Below the pieces are notes generated by a model. The model was not told the origin of the DNA, did not search any database, and saw only the letters and a program-made list of their open reading frames with translations. From an uncultured Clostridium sp. (GTDB lineage Bacteria > Bacillota > Clostridia > Lachnospirales > Lachnospiraceae), in NCBI GenBank assembly GCA_902464345.1, contig CABQJA010000001.1:1-52139 (forward strand): DNA of 52,139 nt, in the 5' to 3' direction. This document shows, piece by piece, positions 15,214 to 24,665 of this stretch (position 1 is its first letter; each line of letters opens with the position of its first letter). Position numbers and translations under genes: made by a program.

Positions 15214-17736
15214 ATGATAAAGGATATTATTATAAAGATAGTTGTAGCAGTGCTGGTATTTCTGGCTACAGTGTTTTTAGTAAATAAATGGGATAATACA
15301 GGAATGGATGAGGTGTCGGCAGAGATGGATCAGCCTACACTTCCTTTGGTTTATATGGAAGCCGGCAGTAATGAAGTCAATTGTCTGCATGGATACACCT
15401 CTTCCATTGATGCGTCGCTGTTTCATGATTCGATTACACCGATCGGAACAGATCAGACGGTGAACTTTCAGATAGAGACGATCAAAAGTGAGATCGACAC
15501 GGTTGGTTATGAAGTAAGAACGGTAGATGGCAGTTCATTGATCGAGAATGGGGAAGTAGATGAGATTCAGGAGGAGAACGGGGTCCAGCATGTAAAGACG
15601 ACATTGCGTATGAATCTGCAGGAGTTACAGGAGTACACCTTTATTGTCTGTATCACCATGAAGGATGGACGGGAGGTACGATATTATACAAGGCTGATTC
15701 CGTCAAATCGGCTGTATACCGGTCAGTTCTTACAGTTTGTGAACGAGTTTCATGAGGCAACCTTTAACAAAGAGAGCAAGATGGCTATCACGAAATACAT
15801 TGAGCCGAATGACAGCGGAGAGAATGAGAATCTGTCCCATATTGATATCCATTCTAATTATGAGTCATTTACATGGGCGAATCTGTCCATGATGCGGATT
15901 TCCAGAATGACACCAACGATCAAAGAACTGGATGAGAAGAATGCGACCATTGAGTTAAAATATGTTGCGATTTCCGGCGAGGTGGATAATGCACAGTATT
16001 ATAATGTCACAGAGGTATATCGGTTGAAATATGTGGACAGTACCACGATCTATCTGATGGACTTTGACCGTAATGTTGAGACGATATTTGACCGGTTTAA
16101 TGTAAACACATTGAAGAACTGGTTTTTCCTTGGAATTTCAAATGCAGATAATTTCCAATATCGGATCAGTGATGAAAATGAAAAGGTTGCATTCGTGAAA
16201 GAAGGACAACTGTGGTACTACGATTATGGTTCTACAACCATGACAAAGGTCTTTGCATTCTGGCAGGATACACCGACCGATATTCGTTCCGCATATGACC
16301 AGCATGGAATTAATATTGTCAAGCTGGATGACGATGGAAATATGGTATTTACGGTATACGGTTATATGAACCGTGGTGAGCATGAGGGTGAGAACGGAAT
16401 CGCAGTATATCGGTTCCTGGCCAGCACCAGCCGATTGGAGGAGGTATTATTTATCTCCTGTGATGAACCATATGAGATTTTGAAAGAGGATGCGTCCAGA
16501 TTAACATATTTGAACGATAAGAATGAGTTCTTTTATATGCTGGGTGATAATGTAATGAAGATCGACCTGGCAACCGGAGAATCCAGCTATGTGATCCAGG
16601 GGATTCCGAAGGAATATCTGGCAGTCTCTGACAGTGAGTATCTGCTGGCCTATCCAAATGCACCGGTAGACAGAGACAGTACGCAGGTTACGATCATGAA
16701 TCTTGAGACCTATGAGGAGCATACCGTAGATGCGGGAAGCGGTCAGAGAATTAAGGCAATCGGTTTTATTGAGAATGATCTGGCATATGGACTTGCCAAT
16801 GAATCGGAAGTGGTATTAAATACAGACGGAAGTACGATATTCCCGATGCATACTTTAAGGATTGCAACGCTGGAGAATCAGGTTGTGAAGGAATATACGA
16901 AGGCCGGCACCTATGTAATGGATGCACGGACCGGTAAGCAGGTCATCCATATGACCAGGGCAACAAAGTCCGGAGATAACTATATTGAAGCACCGGATGA
17001 CTTCATTACGTTTAAAGAAGCAGATGGAGACGGCATTCAGGTCAGCTATCAGTATACCTATGATGCATATAATCAGTTATATATGATCTTCCCGAATTAT
17101 ATGTATGTGACCTCGGTACCGGAGCTGATCATGACCAAAGAGGTCCTGAACGATGATAATAAGAGCATTGCGGTAGACAGCGGAGAGAAATCCGAACGCT
17201 ACTATGTATATGCGCAGGGAACGATGCAGCGGTCGTATTCTACACCGCGTGGTGCGATTCTTGCGGCATATGAGGAAAGCGGGCTGGCACTGGACAGCAG
17301 CGGCAACTGTATCTGGAGGATCAGTGGCTTGCTGGAGTATGCAGAGGTCACGGAAGGGTTACAGGAGATTACATGTGCGACCCCGGCAGAGTCCCTGCAG
17401 AAGTGCATTGAGATGATATTGCAATATGAGAATGTTGAGATACCGGAAGCTATGGACATGAGCGGAAATGCGAACGATATCCTGCAACGGTATCTGGATA
17501 AAGCGGGTGTGAATCTGGTGGGCTGTGATGTGGATAATGCATTGTTCTATCTGTGTCAGGGAGCACCGGTAGTGGCGAAGCTGGATGCAGACACCTATGT
17601 GCTGATCATCAGCTATAATGAGACAACCATCCGATATTATAATCCGGTAACCGGTGAGGAAGTACGGGAACTGCGATATGAGCTGGAGAAGACGTTTGCG
17701 GAACAGGGCAATCAGTTCTTTACGTATGTTCATTAG
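15214..17736 (+). CDS. Large N-terminally membrane-anchored hypothetical protein (840 aa)
   Basis: A long uninterrupted ORF with a single N-terminal TM, IIIKIVVAVLVFLATVFLV. The extracytoplasmic body is rich in beta-strand-like segments. The C-terminal ~130 aa are vaguely C39/papain-like. Confidence 0.7.
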   Translation: MIKDIIIKIVVAVLVFLATVFLVNKWDNTGMDEVSAEMDQPTLPLVYMEAGSNEVNCLHGYTSSIDASLFHDSITPIGTDQTVNFQIETIKSEIDTVGYEVRTVDGSSLIENGEVDEIQEENGVQHVKTTLRMNLQELQEYTFIVCITMKDGREVRYYTRLIPSNRLYTGQFLQFVNEFHEATFNKESKMAITKYIEPNDSGENENLSHIDIHSNYESFTWANLSMMRISRMTPTIKELDEKNATIELKYVAISGEVDNAQYYNVTEVYRLKYVDSTTIYLMDFDRNVETIFDRFNVNTLKNWFFLGISNADNFQYRISDENEKVAFVKEGQLWYYDYGSTTMTKVFAFWQDTPTDIRSAYDQHGINIVKLDDDGNMVFTVYGYMNRGEHEGENGIAVYRFLASTSRLEEVLFISCDEPYEILKEDASRLTYLNDKNEFFYMLGDNVMKIDLATGESSYVIQGIPKEYLAVSDSEYLLAYPNAPVDRDSTQVTIMNLETYEEHTVDAGSGQRIKAIGFIENDLAYGLANESEVVLNTDGSTIFPMHTLRIATLENQVVKEYTKAGTYVMDARTGKQVIHMTRATKSGDNYIEAPDDFITFKEADGDGIQVSYQYTYDAYNQLYMIFPNYMYVTSVPELIMTKEVLNDDNKSIAVDSGEKSERYYVYAQGTMQRSYSTPRGAILAAYEESGLALDSSGNCIWRISGLLEYAEVTEGLQEITCATPAESLQKCIEMILQYENVEIPEAMDMSGNANDILQRYLDKAGVNLVGCDVDNALFYLCQGAPVVAKLDADTYVLIISYNETTIRYYNPVTGEEVRELRYELEKTFAEQGNQFFTYVH

Positions 17737-17783
17737 GCAGTTGTTTGAATTTGTATAAATATATTTGAAAGAGGAACTTACAG

Positions 17784-18536
17784 ATGGCGGAGATAGAAGA
17801 ACAGCAGTTGCGAAAACGGTTTGCAGAGCTGGCGGAGCAGAGTTATCAGAATAGTGCATATTATTTTACAGACTTTCTGTCAGCAACCGATGCTGCACTT
17901 GTATATTCGGTAGCAGAGGAATCAGAGTTTACTCTGTGGGGTGGCGCGGAAGGCTGTGAGCGGCAGATGATCCGCTTTGGTAATCCGGAGGATTTTGGAT
18001 ATGAGGTTGCATTTCCTATTCAGATCCTGAAGGTGGAGCCGTTACTTCGGAAATTTGCAGAAGAACTGACGCACAGAGACTTTCTGGGTGCGATCATGAA
18101 TCTCGGGATTGAGCGGGATACGATCGGTGACATTGTAGTAAAGGATAAGGTCGGATATGTATTTGTAGTAGAGCGTATCGGAGATTATATTCGTGAGAAC
18201 TTAAGCCAGATCCGTCATACTCATGTAAAATGTCAGGTTCTGGATACGATGCCGGAGGATGTGAAGCCGCAGCTGGAGTCGGTGGAGCTGATCGTGTCCT
18301 CCATACGACTGGACTCGATTGTGGCAAAGCTGTATCATTTGTCCAGAAATCAGTCCCTGGATCTGTTCCGTAAGAAATTAATTCTGGTCAACGGAAGAAT
18401 TATGGAGAATAACAGTGGAAGTCCCAAGGATGGGGATGTGATCGCAGTCCGTGGATATGGGAAATTCATATTTCGGAACATTCAGTATGATACCAGAAAA
18501 GGGAAGCAGGCGATTCTGGTCGATCAATATGTATAA
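17784..18536 (+). CDS. YlmH-like RNA-binding S4-domain protein
   Basis: The size and layout match YlmH-type proteins, with a C-terminal S4-like segment RLDSIVAKLYHLSRNQSLDLFRKKLILVNG. Confidence 0.6.
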   Translation: MAEIEEQQLRKRFAELAEQSYQNSAYYFTDFLSATDAALVYSVAEESEFTLWGGAEGCERQMIRFGNPEDFGYEVAFPIQILKVEPLLRKFAEELTHRDFLGAIMNLGIERDTIGDIVVKDKVGYVFVVERIGDYIRENLSQIRHTHVKCQVLDTMPEDVKPQLESVELIVSSIRLDSIVAKLYHLSRNQSLDLFRKKLILVNGRIMENNSGSPKDGDVIAVRGYGKFIFRNIQYDTRKGKQAILVDQYV

Positions 18537-18568
18537 CGCAGATAAGGGTTAGAAGGAAGAGAATATAT

Positions 18569-18745
18569 ATGGCAGATAGATGTGATAGTTGCATGAATTT
18601 TGAATATGATGATGAGTATGAGTGCTATACCTGCGTCATGGAGCTGGATGAGGATGAGATGAGCCGGTTTTTAAGCGGCAATTATAAGGAATGTCCGTAT
18701 TATCAGCTGGGTGATGAGTATAGAATTGTAAGACATCAGATGTGA
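18569..18745 (+). CDS. Small acidic CxxC...CxxC zinc-ribbon-like protein (58 aa); absent from the ORF track
   Basis: Translated by hand: MADRCDSCMNFEYDDEYECYTCVMELDEDEMSRFLSGNYKECPYYQLGDEYRIVRHQM. A purine-rich GAAGGAAGAG lies upstream. The ORF fills an otherwise empty 220-bp gap. Confidence 0.6.
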   Translation: MADRCDSCMNFEYDDEYECYTCVMELDEDEMSRFLSGNYKECPYYQLGDEYRIVRHQM

Positions 18746-18791
18746 TCCGGGCATAGCAGTGAAACAGGCTGCATATATTAGTTACAACAAA

Positions 18792-19226
18792 ATGACAGGT
18801 CAGGCAGACATGAGTACAAACAGGCGAGTAATTGCGGGGATTCTTTTATCTATACTTCTGGTATCGAATATCTTTTTGTTAAATGGCTGTAATTCAAAAA
18901 CAGAAACTGAAAATCTGGATTTTACGGTATGTGAAGAAGGCCGTTTACCGGCCGAACTGGTGAAAATCATTGAAGAAAAAAAGGCGGAACCATTTAAGCT
19001 GACGTTTACGACAAGAGAGTACATGTACATTGTTGTGGGGTATGGCGCTCAGCCGAGAGGCGGCTGTTCCGTGACGGTAGAGGCCCTGTATAAAACGGAT
19101 GATGCAGTCTACATTGACACGAATCTGGTAGGTACGGAGGACAGTGAGATCAAGATCGATGGGATGTCCTATCCGTATGTGGCAGTAAAATGTGAAAACC
19201 AGGAGCTGCCGGTGGTCTACCGGTAA
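18792..19226 (+). CDS. PrcB-like (protease complex subunit PrcB C-terminal domain) lipoprotein
   Basis: Lipobox LLNGC. The segment YIVVGYGAQPRGGCSVTVEAL resembles the PrcB C-terminal domain. The start is ambiguous (18759, 18792 or 18810). Confidence 0.55.
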   Translation: MTGQADMSTNRRVIAGILLSILLVSNIFLLNGCNSKTETENLDFTVCEEGRLPAELVKIIEEKKAEPFKLTFTTREYMYIVVGYGAQPRGGCSVTVEALYKTDDAVYIDTNLVGTEDSEIKIDGMSYPYVAVKCENQELPVVYR

Positions 19227-19297
19227 GAATCAAAAAACAGGAATATTTCTATCATCTTCTCATAGAATAGTATCAGTGAACATGGGAGGGACGATCG

Positions 19298-20848
19298 ATG
19301 CAGTTAATCAAAAAAGAAATTCGTACCAATAATCATAAAGCAGAGAAACAGGTGCAGTTAACCATTGATGAGGATTTCAATGTGCCGGATACGAAGCAGG
19401 ATATAGACAAGATTATTACCAGCAGGGGACAGGTCGTGATTGATGATACGGAGCCGATGGTAGACCGTCTGCGTGTTCGGGGACATGTGAGCTATCGGAT
19501 CCTGTATTCTGTGGCTAAGGTAGAGGGGGAACTGGATGCCATGGAGGGAAGCGTTCCGTTTGAAGAGATGATCAATGTGGATGACCTGCTTCCGTCCTAT
19601 GATACCAGTGTCAGCTGTGAAATAGAGGACCTGAATATTACAATGATTCATTCCCGGAAGGTTGAGGTAAAGGGCCTGATCCAGATGAAGATTGACGTAA
19701 CGGAACAGGATGTGTTGGAGGGTGCCGAAGGGATTGAAAACGGAGATGGGATCCAGTGTCTGTATAAGAAGGTACCATATACACGAACGGTTGCAGATCA
19801 GAGAGATGTGTTCCGGGTACGGGAAATGGTGCCGATTCCGCAGAATAAACCTAATATTCGTCGGATGATCTGGTATTGTGCGACTTTAAATGACGTGGAA
19901 ACCAAGCCGCTGGATAATAAGATTGATATCCGAGGAGAACTGGAGGTTTTTCTGATCTACCGGGCGGAGGAGCAGATGCCGATCCAGTATCTGAATCTGG
20001 ATATTCCGTTTAGTGGTGAGGTGGAATGTGTGGGTTCCATGGAGGGAATGACGGCAGATATAGGAGTGAACCTTGGCGAAACGCAGCTAAATGTGGAACC
20101 GGATGAGGATGGTGAGGAACGGGTTCTGAATCTGGAGGCAAATCTGGAGCTGGCGATTCGTATTTATCAGGAAGAAGAGCTGGATCTTCTGGGGGATATG
20201 TTTTCCACCTCGGCATGTATTCAGGTAGAAACCGAGCAGTTTGATTATGAATCACTGTTAACCAGAAACAATGCAAAGACCAGAATCGTGGAGCGAATCA
20301 AGCGCAAAGAGAATCAGGCCGGAATCCTGCAGGTATGTTATGTGGAGGGTACGGTAAAGGTGGATGATATCCGCACAACGGAGGAAGGTGTCGTTGTGGA
20401 TGGAGCAGTGGAAGTGCGGCTGTTATACATAGCGGAGGATGATACCAGGCCAATGAATTCCATGACCGGATATCTGCCGTTTACTTATCTGGTGGAGGCG
20501 AAGAATTTGTCGCCGGATACGATTTTCCATATTACGCCGACACTGGAGCAGATCAGCAGCATCATGCTGGGCAGTGATGAGGTGGAGATCAAGGCAGTTG
20601 TGAATTTAAGTATTATTGCTTTTGCCCGGAAGCAGTGTCCGGTTATTGTGGATATGAGTGTAGCGGAAATCGATTATGAAAAAATGAATCAATTAGCCGG
20701 CATTATCGGATATATGGTGCAGGAAGGGGATACACTATGGACCATTGCAAAACGCTATTTTACATCCATTGACAGTATCCGTAAGGTGAATCAGCTCGAG
20801 CGGGATGAGTTATCACCGGGCCAGAAGCTGGTAATCGTGAAGGGTTAA
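19298..20848 (+). CDS. SPOCS (DUF3794) repeat protein with a C-terminal LysM domain
   Basis: GGGAGGG SD upstream. The beta-rich body is repetitive. The C-terminus YMVQEGDTLWTIAKRYFTSIDSIRKVNQLERDELSPGQKLVI is a LysM motif. Confidence 0.7.
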   Translation: MQLIKKEIRTNNHKAEKQVQLTIDEDFNVPDTKQDIDKIITSRGQVVIDDTEPMVDRLRVRGHVSYRILYSVAKVEGELDAMEGSVPFEEMINVDDLLPSYDTSVSCEIEDLNITMIHSRKVEVKGLIQMKIDVTEQDVLEGAEGIENGDGIQCLYKKVPYTRTVADQRDVFRVREMVPIPQNKPNIRRMIWYCATLNDVETKPLDNKIDIRGELEVFLIYRAEEQMPIQYLNLDIPFSGEVECVGSMEGMTADIGVNLGETQLNVEPDEDGEERVLNLEANLELAIRIYQEEELDLLGDMFSTSACIQVETEQFDYESLLTRNNAKTRIVERIKRKENQAGILQVCYVEGTVKVDDIRTTEEGVVVDGAVEVRLLYIAEDDTRPMNSMTGYLPFTYLVEAKNLSPDTIFHITPTLEQISSIMLGSDEVEIKAVVNLSIIAFARKQCPVIVDMSVAEIDYEKMNQLAGIIGYMVQEGDTLWTIAKRYFTSIDSIRKVNQLERDELSPGQKLVIVKG

Positions 20849-21010
20849 TGGGATAAATAATCAGGAAGAATCGGAAACGGGGAAAACACGCAGAAACAGA
20901 AGGAATCCTGCGGCGAAAGCCGGTGGCGGACGGTTGCAGGATTCCGGGAATTGTACTATACTTAGTGCGAGTTAAACTTGATCTAAGATACCGAGACAGG
21001 AGGAATTATA

Positions 21011-22390
21011 ATGGAACGACCAAATGCATGGAAAACATACACGAAGAATCAGTTAGAAGAATTGGAAACGCTGAACGATCAGTATCGGGCATTCTTAAAT
21101 GTCGGAAAGACCGAGCGCGAATGCGTGAAGGAGATTGTGAAGCAGGCGGAAGCAGCCGGTTACGTGAACTTTGAGAAAGTACTTGCCGACAAGCAGACGG
21201 TGAAAGCAGGGGACAAGCTCTATGCAGTATGCATGAAGAAGACCATTGCTTTATTCAACATTGGAACAAAGCCTATGGAAGAGGGAATGAATATTCTGGG
21301 CGCTCATATTGATTCCCCACGATTGGATGTAAAGCAGAACCCACTATATGAAAATGATGATATGGCGTATCTGGATACCCACTATTATGGCGGTATCAAG
21401 AAGTATCAATGGGTAACACTGCCACTGGCCATCCATGGTGTTGTAGTGAAAAAGGACGGTTCCGTTGTTGATGTAGTGATTGGTGAGAAGGAAGAGGATC
21501 CTGTATTCTGCATCACGGATCTGTTAATTCATCTGGCTGGTGAACAGCAGGAGAAGAAGGCAAATAAAGTAATTGAAGGAGAGAATCTGGACATTCTGTT
21601 TGGCAGCATTCCGTTAAAGGATGAGGAAAAGGAAGGCGTCAAGAAGGGTGTGCTGAAGCTCCTGAAAGAGCAGTATGATATGGAGGAAGAGGATTTCCTG
21701 TCAGCAGAGCTGGAGGTAGTTCCTGCTGGAAAGGCAAGGGAGGCCGGAATTGACCGGAGCATGATCATGGCATATGGTCAGGATGACCGGGTATGTGCGT
21801 ATACCTCTATGGTAGCGATGCTGGAAGTAGAAAATGTAGAAAAGACAACCTGTTGTCTGCTGACCGATAAGGAAGAGATCGGCAGTGTCGGAGCAACCGG
21901 TATGCAGTCCAAGTTCTTTGAAAATACAGTGGCAGAGCTGTTAGGAGCAATGGGAGATTATTCAGAGCTGATACTGCGCAGATGCCTGAAGAATTCCCGG
22001 ATGCTGTCTTCGGATGTCAGTGCAGCTTATGATCCGCTGTATGCAGCAGCCTATGAAAAGAAAAACGCTGCATATTTTGGCCGGGGCATGGTATTTAATA
22101 AGTTTACCGGTGCGAGAGGTAAGTCAGGCTCAAACGATGCCAATGCAGAGTATATGGGCGCATTAAGAAAGATTCTGGACGATGCACAGGTTGCATATCA
22201 GACAGCAGAGCTTGGTAAAGTAGATGTCGGTGGTGGCGGAACAATTGCATATATCCTGTCCTTATATGGTATGGAAGTGATTGATAGCGGTGTGGCAGTG
22301 CTGAATATGCACGCTCCGTGGGAAGTGACCAGCAAGGCGGATGTATACGAAACAAAGAAAGGATATATAGCATTCCTTCAGAACGCATAA
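21011..22390 (+). CDS. M18-family aminopeptidase (aminopeptidase 1-like)
   Basis: AGGAGG SD upstream. Features: N-terminus ...YRAFLNVGKTERE, GAHIDSPRLD, DKEEIGS and NMHAPWE. Confidence 0.75.
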   Translation: MERPNAWKTYTKNQLEELETLNDQYRAFLNVGKTERECVKEIVKQAEAAGYVNFEKVLADKQTVKAGDKLYAVCMKKTIALFNIGTKPMEEGMNILGAHIDSPRLDVKQNPLYENDDMAYLDTHYYGGIKKYQWVTLPLAIHGVVVKKDGSVVDVVIGEKEEDPVFCITDLLIHLAGEQQEKKANKVIEGENLDILFGSIPLKDEEKEGVKKGVLKLLKEQYDMEEEDFLSAELEVVPAGKAREAGIDRSMIMAYGQDDRVCAYTSMVAMLEVENVEKTTCCLLTDKEEIGSVGATGMQSKFFENTVAELLGAMGDYSELILRRCLKNSRMLSSDVSAAYDPLYAAAYEKKNAAYFGRGMVFNKFTGARGKSGSNDANAEYMGALRKILDDAQVAYQTAELGKVDVGGGGTIAYILSLYGMEVIDSGVAVLNMHAPWEVTSKADVYETKKGYIAFLQNA

Positions 22391-22394
22391 GGGA

Positions 22395-22850
22395 TTAGTC
22401 AGCCATCAGCAGTGGTAACTGGTATTCATACAGCTCACTGTTGATGGCTTCTATATTATAATTCCGGTTATTTACATAAGTGGCAATGATCAGATCACGG
22501 GGATCCTTCAGATAAAGCTCCCGGTGCTGAAACGTCTCTAAAGTGCGGCGGATCATACGGCGGTCCATATGTGCACTCAGGCATAATACCAGAATAACAT
22601 CCCGGCTTGGATGTTTTGCCGTGGTTCCATTTAAAATATCATAGGCATAAGAACGGGAGAGATAGCCGGAGCAGTTCCGGATGATCTGGGCAGTTGTGAT
22701 GCCTTCCGGATTTTGTGCAATATAATCTGAAAAAATATTCCGATTCGGATAAGTATCTTTGGCTTCTGAAACATAATCAGATAAATTTTCTGCAGTAATC
22801 TGATTTTGATCCAATACATTTAAAAGGTTTGTAGTTGAAATATCTTTCAT
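22395..22850 (-). CDS. Hypothetical protein with a putative HTH (XRE-like) segment
   Basis: GAGGAG SD 9 nt upstream of ATG at 22850; the track start at 22868 contains the SD itself. The segment ITTAQIIRNCSGYLSRSYAYDILNG is HTH-like. It is divergent from the kinase gene. Confidence 0.5.
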   Translation of the reverse strand: MKDISTTNLLNVLDQNQITAENLSDYVSEAKDTYPNRNIFSDYIAQNPEGITTAQIIRNCSGYLSRSYAYDILNGTTAKHPSRDVILVLCLSAHMDRRMIRRTLETFQHRELYLKDPRDLIIATYVNNRNYNIEAINSELYEYQLPLLMAD

Positions 22851-22990
22851 AGGATTCCATCTCCTCATTCATCATCAATAGTTGCCAGACGTATCATTTA
22901 TAGTGTATTATACATGAATAGAGTGATAATAGGCAAGTATGGCATGACCGAAATTGTGTTATACATGCGGACGGAAGGATAAAGAGGGAA

Positions 22991-24106
22991 ATGACACTGG
23001 AAGAGAAATATGAATTGTCCTGTTATCAGGAGCTTACAAAACTACATACAAGTAAAGAAATTTATCTGGTACAGCATGTCGACACCGGAGAAATCTGTGT
23101 GAAAAAGGTGATCGATACCTATAACAAGCCGGTCTATCAGGCATTAATGGAGTTGAAGATCCCGAATGTGCCACGGATTCAGGCACTTTTTGAAGCGGAA
23201 GATCACTTGATCGTAATCGAAGAATACATACATGGGGAGTCTCTGGAGAAACGGATGAAAAGCTGTGGTATCATGCAGGAGGAAGAGGTCGGCCGCATTA
23301 TGATGGCGGTCTGTGATATTCTCCAAAAGCTTCATGAGCATCAGCCGCCGATCGTACATCGGGATATTAAGCCATCGAATATCATGCTTAGTCAGGATGG
23401 TGTTGTAAAACTGGTTGATTTCAACGCAGCAAAGGAGTATGCGGACGGCAAAAATGAGGATACAAGGCTGATCGGCACGCAGGACTTTGCGGCACCGGAG
23501 CAGTATGGATTTGGCCAGTCTTCCCCGCAGACGGATATCTATGCACTTGGAGTGACGATGAACTATCTGCTGACCGGTGATTATCCGAAGAATCAGTTAT
23601 GGAATGGCAGACTGAAGACGGTGATCCGGAAATGTATCCAGATCAATCCCAAAGAACGGTACACAGGTGTGCTGCAGCTGAAGACTGCCATTGAGACCGT
23701 CATGCGGACGAAGAGCAGGAATATTCTGGTGCGAAGTCTTTATCCCTATCAGAAATATGCTCCGGTTGGGTTCCGAAGTGGCGCATTATGGAAGATGCTG
23801 TTGGCAGTAATCGGATATCTATTTCTATTGGCAGCAGTCGTTACGTCCAATGTAGAATATCAGGGACAACCGGCAACCGGAATCGTGTTATGGATGAACT
23901 GGTTCGCCTATGCGGCTGCACTTCTGGGTGTTGTGTTCTTTATAGGAAACTATGGAGGCGTCCGGTATGCATTTCCGTTTATGAAAGGGAACAAGGTTCT
24001 TCATTGGTTTCTGGCAATTATCTATTGCTTACTTTATGTATTCGTAGTTGCTTTTATCATGGCACTGATATTAACCACGTTTGAGTATGCATTCAAAGGC
24101 CTGTAA
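22991..24106 (+). CDS. Hanks-type Ser/Thr protein kinase with a polytopic C-terminal membrane domain
   Basis: Catalytic motifs VHRDIKPSNIML, DFNAAKE and GTQDFAAPEQ. The C-terminal ~110 aa hold 3-4 predicted TM helices. No PASTA repeats are present. Confidence 0.85.
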   Translation: MTLEEKYELSCYQELTKLHTSKEIYLVQHVDTGEICVKKVIDTYNKPVYQALMELKIPNVPRIQALFEAEDHLIVIEEYIHGESLEKRMKSCGIMQEEEVGRIMMAVCDILQKLHEHQPPIVHRDIKPSNIMLSQDGVVKLVDFNAAKEYADGKNEDTRLIGTQDFAAPEQYGFGQSSPQTDIYALGVTMNYLLTGDYPKNQLWNGRLKTVIRKCIQINPKERYTGVLQLKTAIETVMRTKSRNILVRSLYPYQKYAPVGFRSGALWKMLLAVIGYLFLLAAVVTSNVEYQGQPATGIVLWMNWFAYAAALLGVVFFIGNYGGVRYAFPFMKGNKVLHWFLAIIYCLLYVFVVAFIMALILTTFEYAFKGL

Positions 24107-24212
24107 ATAATTTCAATCAATCGTTCTGTAAAATGTCCGCTGCATAGCGGACGAAAACTTTCCTCGATATAGCTAAAATAAACAATATATGTTTTGGCAG
24201 GGAGGAATCGGT

Positions 24213-24665
24213 ATGAAGCAGGAAAAGTGTATAGCATTTGCAATGCTTCATACCCTGATTCCGCTGTGCGTGGGAACCGGGATCTATATCTTGGTCCGGC
24301 CCGGAACATATATAGCGAGAGCCTGTACCTTTCTGATTCCGTGGCTGGGTGAGCTGCGAATCCGAATGAGGACAGATCTGTTTCATATGTTTTTAAGAAA
24401 TTATGCTTGTGACATGCTGTGGGCATATGCTCTGACGATCGGACTGCTCTGGTACGGAAGACTGACCGGGCAGAAGGTATGGAAGTCGGCATTGATCAGT
24501 GGTGGATTCGCGGTGCTTATGGAAGGACTGCAAATTCTGCCGGTAATCCCCGGAACCTTTGACGGGATGGATGTGGTTGCGGAGATTTTGGCAACGCTTA
24601 TCGCAGGATGCGTGAGCATGATTTTTTATAAATACAAGGATAAGGAAAGAGGAGAGCATGTATGA
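24213..24665 (+). CDS. Small polytopic membrane protein (weakly VanZ-like)
   Basis: GGGAGG SD upstream of ATG 24213. Four hydrophobic segments. The C-terminal EGLQILPVIPGTFDGMDVVAEILATLIAG resembles a VanZ-type motif. Confidence 0.45.
   Translation: MKQEKCIAFAMLHTLIPLCVGTGIYILVRPGTYIARACTFLIPWLGELRIRMRTDLFHMFLRNYACDMLWAYALTIGLLWYGRLTGQKVWKSALISGGFAVLMEGLQILPVIPGTFDGMDVVAEILATLIAGCVSMIFYKYKDKERGEHV

Noticed and set aside
20923-21174. 83-aa + strand ORF overlapping the start of the aminopeptidase gene
   Set aside because: It is out of frame with a strongly supported gene that has its own AGGAGG SD. The product is Arg-rich and unlikely to be real.
22388-22398. Convergent aminopeptidase and HTH genes separated by only 4 bp with no terminator
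   Set aside because: I noted this as a curiosity. There is no structure to evaluate, and read-through or antisense effects cannot be judged from sequence alone.
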